From: Cyanobacteria bacterium J06627_8
GTDB taxonomy: Bacteria; Cyanobacteriota; Cyanobacteriia; CAKZMO01
Length of the DNA: 64,000 nucleotides
Direction: 5' to 3'
Assembly: GCA_038520475.1 (NCBI GenBank)
Contig: JBCBLF010000001.1
Location: forward strand, 9,509-73,508
Both the position numbers and the translations under genes were made by a program. Below the pieces are notes generated by a model. That model worked only from the letters and a program-made list of their open reading frames with translations. It made no database searches and was not told the DNA's origin. Shown here one piece after another: positions 1-8,760 of this stretch; position 1 is the stretch's first letter, and every line of letters starts with the position of its first letter.

Positions 1-271
1 ATCCGGGAATCGGAGACCCTAAAATGGTGATATGAAAATTGGTGCGATCGCCCGGTGGTTTGCGCGTGGAAATTTCTGGCGTGAGGTCATACCAAACAGT
101 TGAATTGTCTTCATTGCCAGGGGCAAACAGATCCAGTTGCATCGTTGCGAAGCGATCGCTCTGGTTCACGACTTCCACCACGAATTGAGTGGGATCAGCC
201 CCAGGTGTATAGTGCAATGTCTGGGCTGGAACCGTTAGACCAATGCGTGTATCTGTCGTGGTAAACGTCAT
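1..271 (-). CDS. Hypothetical protein, partial (ATG at 271, continues past the window start); Thr-rich N-terminus MTFTTTDTRIGLTVPAQ...
   Basis: Manual reverse translation of 1-271 gives an open frame of at least 90 aa from the ATG at 271. It contains HIP1 sites. It lies downstream of, and on the same strand as, the sensor/baseplate block. Confidence 0.35.
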   Translation of the reverse strand, partial: MTFTTTDTRIGLTVPAQTLHYTPGADPTQFVVEVVNQSDRFATMQLDLFAPGNEDNSTVWYDLTPEISTRKPPGDRTNFHITILGSPIPG

Positions 272-497
272 ACCTATCCTACTCCTGCCTCGATTACTCC
301 TGATGGTGTCCGATTCGACGTCCTGTTTCCATGACCTAATACCGTTTCTCTAAAACGCAGAGCTTCGACTCCGCTCAGTCAACGTTCCCTGAGCGAAGTC
401 GAAGGAAACATGTGCAGCAGGATTTTAGAGAATTGTTATAACTGCGGGAATTTCATCCCAGTTGTCTTACCTATAGCGCTTGCGCGTTGGTTAAGTA

Positions 498-532
498 CAG
501 TTATATGTGGCGCGTTGCGCCACATATAACTG
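498..532. repeat. Perfect inverted repeat CAGTTATATGTGGCGC-GTT-GCGCCACATATAACTG (16-bp arms), followed by GGTTTTGTG
   Basis: Read directly from the sequence. It sits in the 320-bp gap after the stop of the sensor gene (593). Confidence 0.7.
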
Positions 533-592
533 GTTTTGTGCTTGACTATCTTGAATCTTGCCTATCTTGAATATCGCTATAATCATTCAGTA

Positions 593-2512
593 TCACTCTC
601 CATTAATGAGTTGCCGGAGGCGATGTTTGACCCAACTCATGTAAGTATTCTCATTATGAGAATCACCCCCTTCAGACGGTTGAATAACGGTCAAATTTTC
701 AGATAAGTTTTCACTTTCTGACTGGCGCTGCCTCAACGTTGTAAGAATCCGGTCTTCCAGTTCAGGATATTCCGTCAATATCTGACGTAGCCCGCTGCGA
801 TTGATCACGAATAAGATTGCAGAGGTCACCGATCTGACGTTCGCGACTCTCGGCACGTTTAACAGAAGTGCAAACTCTCCGACCACTTCACCCGCGTGAA
901 TTGAAGTTAGATATCGAGGCGATTCTTCATCCGTCAACACTTCCGCTGTTCCACTCAACAGGAAAAAGAGTTCATCTCCCTGATCGCCAGCACGACAGAT
1001 GTCTGTTCCGGGTAAGACATGTCGCTCTTCGCCAAATTCAATCAACCGATATCGCTCTTCTAAGGTAAAGTCCTGAAAGTAAGAGATGCACTGTAGTCGT
1101 TCAACCAGTTCAGGTGCTTGGGCAACGGCGATCGCATGTCGCACCGATCGAGATTGATGAATCAGCGTATCCCAGTTCGTTGTGTTTCCAATTTGGGTGA
1201 GTTGAGCATGTCGAAGAGACTGCTGAGCATGTTCGGCCTGTAACTGCTGTAGCTGCTGTTGAAGTCCTTGTTGGCGACTATGAATGACCTTTGCCATATC
1301 TTGGAAAATACGAGCTAAGCGACCGAATTCATCGTTTCGCCGGAGTACTGGAGCGAGTAGACCAGGGTTGTACGTATCATTCTCAATTTGACAAGCCGCC
1401 CGCGTTAGACGAATGATAGGCTGAGCAATCCAGCGAGCGACAAAGATGCCCATGAGGCTCGCACCAATGGCAACCAGTAAACCAACCTGAATGGTTGAAC
1501 GAAGGCTCGCCAACGTGATCTCGTTAAAATCCGTCGATGGCACCATGACGACCACAATCCAGTCGATTCCTGCCGGGTCAAAAATAGGATTAACGCCAAT
1601 GAATTCTTCAACCCCCGATATGTCCAAAATGAATTCTTCTGATGTGGTCAGCGTTGAAAACTGTCCCATTTCGTCTAAGAGCTGATTGGCGACTTCGCGA
1701 ATTAAAGGATTCGCGCTCTCTGTCGCAACAATGCGCTGTTTCTCCTGATCAATAATTGTAAAGAGCTCCGTATTCATTGAGGTCGCAATCAATTCACCGC
1801 TACGCTCCATTACAAAGGCGTGCCCTGCTGGGCTGATTTCTAAATCTTCAAGAAAATAACCCAAGCTTGCTAGCGAGACATCGATGCCAAAAACGCCCTG
1901 AAATTCCCCAGTCGACGCATAGAGCGGCTGAGCTGCCGTCACCCCAAGAGTCGGTTCGGTTGCGAAGGCATAGACCGGACTCCAAGTAAATTTTCCAGAC
2001 TCTACGGCTTTTTGGAACCAGACCCGAACCCGTGGATCATAGACCTGAGATTGAATCAGGTCGGTCAGCTCTCGCTGATCGCTTAACCGATAGGTGAGCC
2101 GGTTCGGTATTGTATCTGGGTTACGAATTTGGATGGTCCAACCGCCATCCCTCGTATCGCTAAAGCCCAGATAGTCTCCATCAGCACTACCAAAGAAAAT
2201 TCGCTTCGGCAGGTCGGGTTGCTGAACCAGGTTCCAGATTGTATCGGCCAGGCTTTCTGGAGATGTCTGATTAGTGATAGGCGCATCTCCCTCTAGCGTC
2301 GCCAGCATCGTTTGATAGACGACTTTCGAGTCAGCCAGATGATTTTGAATGTGTCGTTCAATGGATTCCGTTGCTTTGCGACTAATTTCTTCTGCTAGCT
2401 CATGGACAATTTCTCGTTCGCTCAGATAAGAAAGTAAGCTGCCTAAGCCAACCGCCGCGATAATCGGCATCACAATGAGAATCGGTAAGGTAACACGGAT
2501 CGGAAGACGCAT
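593..2512 (-). CDS. Membrane sensor with a periplasmic Cache-like domain, a HAMP domain and a C-terminal cyclic-nucleotide-binding (CAP-family) domain; no enzymatic output domain
   Basis: N-terminal TM helix, about 300 aa of extracytoplasmic region, a second TM helix plus HAMP-like segment, a QQQLQQLQ coiled coil, and a C-terminal cNMP-binding motif (GDELFFLLSGTAEV ... GEVVGEFALLLNVPRVANVRSV). Confidence 0.7.
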   Translation of the reverse strand: MRLPIRVTLPILIVMPIIAAVGLGSLLSYLSEREIVHELAEEISRKATESIERHIQNHLADSKVVYQTMLATLEGDAPITNQTSPESLADTIWNLVQQPDLPKRIFFGSADGDYLGFSDTRDGGWTIQIRNPDTIPNRLTYRLSDQRELTDLIQSQVYDPRVRVWFQKAVESGKFTWSPVYAFATEPTLGVTAAQPLYASTGEFQGVFGIDVSLASLGYFLEDLEISPAGHAFVMERSGELIATSMNTELFTIIDQEKQRIVATESANPLIREVANQLLDEMGQFSTLTTSEEFILDISGVEEFIGVNPIFDPAGIDWIVVVMVPSTDFNEITLASLRSTIQVGLLVAIGASLMGIFVARWIAQPIIRLTRAACQIENDTYNPGLLAPVLRRNDEFGRLARIFQDMAKVIHSRQQGLQQQLQQLQAEHAQQSLRHAQLTQIGNTTNWDTLIHQSRSVRHAIAVAQAPELVERLQCISYFQDFTLEERYRLIEFGEERHVLPGTDICRAGDQGDELFFLLSGTAEVLTDEESPRYLTSIHAGEVVGEFALLLNVPRVANVRSVTSAILFVINRSGLRQILTEYPELEDRILTTLRQRQSESENLSENLTVIQPSEGGDSHNENTYMSWVKHRLRQLINGE

Positions 2513-2569
2513 GATGAGATTAGGAGAGTGAAGAAATGGAAGACATGGAAAAGAGGAATTAGGGGGAGG

Positions 2570-4039
2570 TCAATCAGATGAGTCCGGCGGCGATGATTGA
2601 AGTTGGGTTAGGCGATGTCGTTGCCAGGTGGTATGCAACGCATTGATGCCAAGCTCCTCAGCCGCACGGAGATCGCTTCGCGACAGGGGTTCACCTAAGT
2701 AGCCTTGGAGTGCCGATGAAAGATTTCCCAAAATGACGCTAAATCCTTGCCCAACCAGAATTTTGTGAAGCTGTTGGGCAAAGGTGGGCAGTCGCGAAAA
2801 GTTAAATGGCTGACATCGGAGAGGATGCAGAAATGGGAGGTTTTCCCAAGGTGTTAGCGAAATCCCAAGCGGCTGAAGAAACGGTTCGTAGCAGGTGCTA
2901 ATGCTTGCAAGCTTTTCTTCAATGAGAACTAAAATTTCGTCTAGCTCTTGGGTTAGTTCACTGTGCATTCGATCCATCTCTGAGCTGGAAGCTGGAGAGC
3001 TGGAATCCATATGGGGCGATCGCAATGAGTGGGTGTCAGAAATGTCTTGTACCGTGCTAATCTGCCTAATGGCATCACTTAAGCGCTGATGGACGACCAG
3101 CAATTCGTCTAGGCCCTCTTCCTGGGTCGGATGTTCCACAATGATGCTGCCTCCGACTTCAACGTAGTGTCGAAGGGTGCTGGTGTTGCGCTCTGATAAA
3201 CGCTGAAATGATGTATGCCCCATGAATAAAGCGGCACAATCCGATAATTCAGGCTGAATATCTGGGGTCAGGTCTGAAAAAATGAGCGGAGGTAGGGGCT
3301 GTAGTTTGGGGTAGAGGCCCGGAAGCGATCGTAGCAGTGACTCGATGCCTTCTAAGAGAGGAGATTCATGACAAATCGCCACTCGGATAGAAGCCGTTGG
3401 GCGAGCGCAAATCTGGGGCCGATGCCGTAAGTCCAAGCTGCCTGGAGTTGGATTCAACACATCGGTTGCAGGTTCAAGGGCAGAGAATCCGGCGTCTAAA
3501 CGAATGCGACACAACTCAATTTCATCGACTTGAGGCGGGCAGTCCTTTTCATCAATACGATAGGTCTCTCGGATAATCTGAGTTTCATCATTTCTCTCTA
3601 GAGTCTCCGGGTCAACATAGCGCAAGATAAGATAAACGATTTGACTTCCAACTTCACCTGTTGAAACCACGCGCCCAGCATCCTCCCTGGCTTTACCCCG
3701 TCTGCTGTCCAGTTCAGGTTGAATGGCAGACGCGATCCGAAAATTAACGGCTTCTGGGACAACAATGGGGTTGCCATTAATATCGATCGCCAATCCAGGC
3801 TGAATTTGAACCCAGCGCTGATCGCGAAACTGACTGGCGACGGTATCAGGAGGAGGAATAATGCATACACCGAGTCCATCGACGATTCCAGGCTGATTGA
3901 GAGCCTGAAAGTGAAGATTTTGACGCTGACGGTGATAGGCGTGAGCCAGTTGCCATCGTTCTGCGTTGATCAGCAATCCATCAGAGACATGCAGGCGATC
4001 GAAAGGATTGAGTTTTGGGGGAGGAAGGGGATTCAGCAT
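2570..4039 (-). CDS. Hypothetical 489-aa protein, co-oriented between the baseplate genes and the sensor
   Basis: Long ORF with HIP1 sites, 57 nt upstream of the sensor gene and 141 nt downstream of the gpI-like gene. No family recognised. Confidence 0.55.
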   Translation of the reverse strand: MLNPLPPPKLNPFDRLHVSDGLLINAERWQLAHAYHRQRQNLHFQALNQPGIVDGLGVCIIPPPDTVASQFRDQRWVQIQPGLAIDINGNPIVVPEAVNFRIASAIQPELDSRRGKAREDAGRVVSTGEVGSQIVYLILRYVDPETLERNDETQIIRETYRIDEKDCPPQVDEIELCRIRLDAGFSALEPATDVLNPTPGSLDLRHRPQICARPTASIRVAICHESPLLEGIESLLRSLPGLYPKLQPLPPLIFSDLTPDIQPELSDCAALFMGHTSFQRLSERNTSTLRHYVEVGGSIIVEHPTQEEGLDELLVVHQRLSDAIRQISTVQDISDTHSLRSPHMDSSSPASSSEMDRMHSELTQELDEILVLIEEKLASISTCYEPFLQPLGISLTPWENLPFLHPLRCQPFNFSRLPTFAQQLHKILVGQGFSVILGNLSSALQGYLGEPLSRSDLRAAEELGINALHTTWQRHRLTQLQSSPPDSSD

Positions 4040-4180
4040 GGGCGTTGGGTGTGAGTATCGAGCGAGAGGAAGGCGAAAACTGGAGACGTGAGGAAGGGGC
4101 GAGGTACTTGAGGATCAACGGCAGATTAGCTGTCTGACGTTCTACACGGTCAGAGTGATGGGTACACGCAATTCAATGTC

Positions 4181-5296
4181 TTAACCTGACGGCGTGACGG
4201 CATCATTGGGACGGGGTTCGATGTGTAAGTCGTAGGTGCAGTGGGCGGGTTTCTCCTGGGTGATAATGCGATGAATAAGAGAGAGAGGCAGGCCCTCAGC
4301 TTCTGAGTGATCTGGCCGAAGGGTCACGATGAAGTGATAGGGGCGACCTCTGCCGAGGGTGGCATTGGGGCCGAGGTGCACGTTTCCTAACAAGAAGGCT
4401 TTGCTCGATGATTCTTGAATCGCAATGGCGCGATCGCCCTCGTCTACGGTTTCGTCTAGTGGCAACCCTGTTGCGTAGTGCAAAAATAATCTCAGCCCTC
4501 GTCGCGTCCCACGCCACCGATAGAGGGTCATGGCATTGCGAATGAGTCGCCGCTGATGGGATGGCATCAAGGGCAAGGTATCCATGGGCCAAGCCACCCA
4601 ATGGGCTAAAAACGGCAGGAGAGCCTCCGGTGCCGTTAACGGATCAAGGTAGCGAGTCAGCGCATCCGTAGTTTCAAAAATGGGGCGCAGCGCCTGCTCA
4701 AACATCTGCAAGTAGCGATGCATGAAATCCACTTCTCGGTAGATAGCTGGGAGAAACTCCATGAGTCGCGTGCGCGGACGGACAAACACATTAAGCCTTC
4801 GATATTCCAGCTTTCGTTGCGATCGCCGGCCCCATTCCTGATCTGAAGGCTGGATTACGGAAGAGTCGAGTAAAGAACTGGCTTCTTGAGCCATCGGTTG
4901 TTCATAGGTCACGACCACATCGAGGTGATAGTCGAGGGTCAGTGTTTGCTGTGGCCGTAGCGCATGGGCGTCTTCAAAAAAAGAAGCAGGCACCTGGAAC
5001 TGAAGGAGCCCTTCGATACGCTGATATGCAGCAATCTCATCCTGTTCACACTGAAATTGATACCAGGTTGTCGGACAACTTCCCTCAAGTCGGATGCGAA
5101 TTGGGAGGGATTCAGCGCTGGTATTTTCAAACAGCATCAGCAGATCGCTAGATTCTCCGGGATACAACACAAGGTTGAGTCCCCCTTGATCAAGCTCGTC
5201 ACCGTCTCGTGCGATAGGGGCGATCGCCTCTGAGGCTTGCATTGGAGCAAACCGGAGGTTGAGCGCAGAAGCAGCACGAGATTGAACCATAACCAA
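4181..5296 (-). CDS. Phage P2 gpI-like tail/baseplate protein (Tail_P2_I family)
   Basis: Family signature LPAIYREVDFMHRYLQMFEQAL...DPLTAPEALLPFLAHWVAWPMD...RRLIRNAMTLYRWRGTRRGLRLFL. Confidence 0.65.
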   Translation of the reverse strand: MVMVQSRAASALNLRFAPMQASEAIAPIARDGDELDQGGLNLVLYPGESSDLLMLFENTSAESLPIRIRLEGSCPTTWYQFQCEQDEIAAYQRIEGLLQFQVPASFFEDAHALRPQQTLTLDYHLDVVVTYEQPMAQEASSLLDSSVIQPSDQEWGRRSQRKLEYRRLNVFVRPRTRLMEFLPAIYREVDFMHRYLQMFEQALRPIFETTDALTRYLDPLTAPEALLPFLAHWVAWPMDTLPLMPSHQRRLIRNAMTLYRWRGTRRGLRLFLHYATGLPLDETVDEGDRAIAIQESSSKAFLLGNVHLGPNATLGRGRPYHFIVTLRPDHSEAEGLPLSLIHRIITQEKPAHCTYDLHIEPRPNDAVTPSG

Positions 5297-5390
5297 ACCA
5301 ACTCAACCGTTGAAAACTACATCAGGCGATAACCATCACAACTTGACAAACATCTCAGATCCAAAGTCATACAGAGCAGCTTGTTCATCG

Positions 5391-7613
5391 TCACACCCTG
5401 ACAAATCGAATAAAGTGTCCGGAGCGCAACTCTCGGTCATACCATGAACAGATGAGTCCGTTAGCTCCGGGATAGACCGACCCTGGAGAAATTTTTCGAA
5501 TCCATTGGCCGTGCTGATATCGAAGCTCAAATAATTGCACTGTGCCTAAGTATTGAACACCGGATGCCCGTTGGATCAGCGCAATGACATCGGACGGATA
5601 AACCGGACGACCAAACGGCCATCCTTTACCGTTTTCACCGCCCGTCACGGGGTTGAGAAAGCGATAGAGCGTCGTCAACAACGTCTGCTGCACTGCGTCC
5701 TGAGCCTGAGGTGATTGATAGGCCGGAGCCAAGCCAATTTCAGCCCGGACAGAAACGCCAACGTAGGTCGGTTCGGCCAAAATGACCTGAGTTCCTAGTA
5801 ACTTGCGTTCATCCAAATAAGCGGTGAGCTGCTGTTTGAGGCTTGAGGTCAAGGCAAATTGCTCGGGGGAAATGCCCCGTCTGTAATCAACGCCAGCAGT
5901 TGAAGGCTGTGGTACGACGAACACCTTGACAGAACCGGCCTCAATCGCCTCCGTACGACCTGAATCTCCTCCGGCAACTTGAGCGGAAAGACAACGGGCT
6001 TGGGCGATCGCCCCTTCTCCTCCTCGAATCACCAGCGCTTCAAAGTCTTCTGACGTCACCGCGCGATCGCGGCTTCGCAACAATTTTGGTACTCGGATGA
6101 CAGCTTGTTCCAAAGACTCGGCGTCTACGCCATATCGAGCAGCGTCGTGATTAATAACATCTGCAACGTAGGGAATCGCTGTCTTCAGCACCCGCACGGT
6201 TCCAGCTTGAACGTTACCTCGAACGCCACCTCCGGTTCGATAGCGCACCATGCGGAGAACAGAGTCTCGGGCCGGAATTGCGCCATACTGGCGCTCCGTA
6301 GAAATGGGGGTTTCAGTCGCTAAATAACCATGTTCTTGAATATGATATCGGTTGTGCGTCAGGTCTTTGACATGGGATGATTCTCGAATCAGAGGACCAA
6401 ATTGTATCGTACCTGCCTGCGCATCGAGTACATAATGTAGGCTATCGAATGCCGAATCAGCAAAGTCAGAAACTTCTTGCCAACGCTGAGGGAGGCCATC
6501 AGGAGGAGTAACCTCTAGATATTCTCCGTCTCGACGAGGTAAGACTGGTGCGTTCAAAAGTTGAAAGGTTTGATTGGGGGTCCCATCGCTGACGCCAAGG
6601 TGTTCATCTTGAATCAATGTAGACTGACTCGCACGAATAGAACCGCCAATCGCCCGTACCGATAATCCAACAATGCGGGGGGAACGACTGTAGGCTGGTT
6701 GAGTCGCCGTGGGAGGCGTGCACACGCAGCGAATCCAGCGCCCTCGATAACTTGAAAAAGCCGATGCAGGCCAGATTTGAGGTAAATGGAGTACAACATT
6801 CCCCCCTTGGAGGGGATCGAGTCCCTCTGTCGTCATGGCGCTAAAGCTAAAGCCTTGGGTTCCGTCATCCTCTTCTTTACGAAGAATCGGAATCCAATCC
6901 ATCCCGTCCCATGCTTCCCACCGCCGGGGAGGAGCACTGGGATTAATCCCTGTTGCAGTCGCCGCTTCCCCTTTGACCGTCAGTGCCAAGACGTTACCGT
7001 CTAGGTCTTCATCGGGTTCAAACACGAGATAAAAGGTGTTACCTGAGGCTGGCTGTTCGTCAAAAAGAAGTTGTTCTGGCCCCTCCCAAGCACCATCGGC
7101 ATCTTGTGACCACCGATTTGTCAGGCGATCGCGTAAGGTTTGGGGTGTTGTCTCGTCAACTGAAGCAGTTAGAAAATGCAACAGTCGTGGCTGACCGACT
7201 CTTAACAAGCGATCGGTGGTGAATATGACAGCATCTTCTGTTTCGGTGCGCATGGTTGCGACTTCAATTCCAGATGGAATTTGATAGGCTTCAGGTAAGA
7301 CCGTGTTGAGATAAAAAGTGAGGTCAACTTGAGCGGGAATAGGCGGATTAAGGCGAATTCCAAGTAACTCAAGAAATGCAATGTATTGGCGACGCGGCAC
7401 TTGGTTAAACCGAAGCAACATCTGCTCCGTCATCCACCCAAACAGCTCAATCAGCGTCATGCCTGGATCGCTGGGATTAAAGTTTGTCCACTCAGGACAG
7501 TATCGCGGGATGCGCAAGCGAGACTCGACCATCAAGTCATCTAACTTACGGTCATCAAGATCAGAGTTGGGCAAATTGGGTAGAAAATTGAATTCCATAT
7601 CACGACACGGCAC
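5391..7613 (-). CDS. Baseplate J-like protein (gp6/gpJ family), 740 aa
   Basis: N-terminus RIPRYCPEWTNFNPSDPGMTLIELFGWM is typical of the Baseplate_J family. Size fits. The start overlaps the gp25-like gene by 14 nt. Confidence 0.75.
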   Translation of the reverse strand: MPCRDMEFNFLPNLPNSDLDDRKLDDLMVESRLRIPRYCPEWTNFNPSDPGMTLIELFGWMTEQMLLRFNQVPRRQYIAFLELLGIRLNPPIPAQVDLTFYLNTVLPEAYQIPSGIEVATMRTETEDAVIFTTDRLLRVGQPRLLHFLTASVDETTPQTLRDRLTNRWSQDADGAWEGPEQLLFDEQPASGNTFYLVFEPDEDLDGNVLALTVKGEAATATGINPSAPPRRWEAWDGMDWIPILRKEEDDGTQGFSFSAMTTEGLDPLQGGNVVLHLPQIWPASAFSSYRGRWIRCVCTPPTATQPAYSRSPRIVGLSVRAIGGSIRASQSTLIQDEHLGVSDGTPNQTFQLLNAPVLPRRDGEYLEVTPPDGLPQRWQEVSDFADSAFDSLHYVLDAQAGTIQFGPLIRESSHVKDLTHNRYHIQEHGYLATETPISTERQYGAIPARDSVLRMVRYRTGGGVRGNVQAGTVRVLKTAIPYVADVINHDAARYGVDAESLEQAVIRVPKLLRSRDRAVTSEDFEALVIRGGEGAIAQARCLSAQVAGGDSGRTEAIEAGSVKVFVVPQPSTAGVDYRRGISPEQFALTSSLKQQLTAYLDERKLLGTQVILAEPTYVGVSVRAEIGLAPAYQSPQAQDAVQQTLLTTLYRFLNPVTGGENGKGWPFGRPVYPSDVIALIQRASGVQYLGTVQLFELRYQHGQWIRKISPGSVYPGANGLICSWYDRELRSGHFIRFVRV

Positions 7614-8109
7614 TTAGCCGTGCAACAGCTGAATCATCGGCTTCAAGACTGGGGGATTCCCACAGCGCTTCCTCAATCTCTCCCTCAGGCTGGAGATAGA
7701 ACGGATAGACTAAACTACGTGGTTCATACTGATCTGTTAAGCGATACTGAATAACGATCTCAATTCGCCCTCGAACTGGATCAGGATCAGCTCGGACATC
7801 CTCTAAAACAATGCGTGGCTCCCAACGGACGAGGGCATCTTCAACCGCGATACAAATCTGTATCAGCGTGTTCATATTCATCGGAGCAAAAACAAAGTCA
7901 GTTAGCGTTGATCCAAACTCAGGCTCACCGACTCGCTCACCGACATCAGTTCGTAAAATTAGCCAAATTGATTCCTCAACACTTTGCTCTCCTGTGCTGA
8001 GCTGTAGGCTACCCTGGGTGTTGATTTGCAGCGGAAATGCCCATCCGGTCCCTAATAAGGCTGATGTATCTATCGGGGCGATCGCCCCTTCATTTGGATC
8101 TACCATCAT
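7600..8109 (-). CDS. GPW/gp25-like baseplate wedge protein
   Basis: GTGWAFPLQI ... ESIWLILRTDVGERVGEPEFGS ... ALVRWEPRIVLEDV matches the gp25/GPW lysozyme-like family. Confidence 0.8.
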   Translation of the reverse strand: MMVDPNEGAIAPIDTSALLGTGWAFPLQINTQGSLQLSTGEQSVEESIWLILRTDVGERVGEPEFGSTLTDFVFAPMNMNTLIQICIAVEDALVRWEPRIVLEDVRADPDPVRGRIEIVIQYRLTDQYEPRSLVYPFYLQPEGEIEEALWESPSLEADDSAVARLSAVS

Positions 8110-8382
8110 GCCTCCTTATCCCTGTCGGCTTGTCGTCACGATACCTTAGGGATGTTGAGGTCACTATTCGACGAAAGTAGAAACACGACTGTCCGCCGAT
8201 TTGCCGATTTTTTGAAATTCCTTAGTTTAATTCCCGCCAAACTAAGCCACTTGTCATGAAGTCATTCACAATCGCACAGCACTTCACGTTTAGATTCATC
8301 TGAATAATCCATAGCAACAGATACTTGCAGAGAGCTGTACCTATCCTGCAAAACTATCGGTGAACAATAAGCTAATTTTGAA

Positions 8383-8469
8383 CGGAGAGAGAGGGATTCG
8401 AACCCTCGTTAGAGTTGCCCCTAAACAGCATTTCCAGTGCTGCGCCTTCAACCACTCGGCCATCTCTCC
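8383..8469 (-). tRNA. tRNA-Ser (anticodon GGA), long variable arm, CCA not encoded
   Basis: Manual fold: acceptor GGAGAGA/TCTCTCC, D-arm GCCGAGTGGTTGAAGGC, anticodon stem CAGCA/TGCTG with loop CTGGAAA, T-arm GAGGGTTCGAATCCCTC, discriminator G. Confidence 0.85.
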
Positions 8470-8594
8470 AGGGATCTTTTTTGGAGCAACTGGTTCATCG
8501 AACCACAGGATTGTCATCATAACAAAGTTCTGTCCTCTGCGAAACCATTTCACCTGCACGATTTGGCAAGCTTCTCAAATTCATCACAGATAAT

Positions 8595-8622
8595 GAGACT
8601 TGTGGCGTGCGCCACAAGTCTC
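8595..8622. repeat. Perfect palindrome GAGACTTGTGGCG-TG-CGCCACAAGTCTC (13-bp arms)
   Basis: Read directly from the sequence. It lies between the protease stop (8761) and the 5' end of the tRNA. Confidence 0.7.
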
Positions 8623-8760
8623 AAACCCTTATCTCTGCTTGAACGTTGCCACATTGAATCACTTGCGCATCTTGCGCGTCTCACCGAATTTATGATGAGA
8701 GAATAATAGAGAATTGAGAGCGTCTAGAAGCTTCAGTCCCCCATTCCTCTGTACCCTTCG

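Noticed and set aside
4296-5233. Nested ORFs (101 aa -, 63 aa -, 69 aa +, 89 aa +) within the gpI-like gene
   Set aside because: Alternative frames or antisense of the 371-aa ORF that carries the Tail_P2_I signature.
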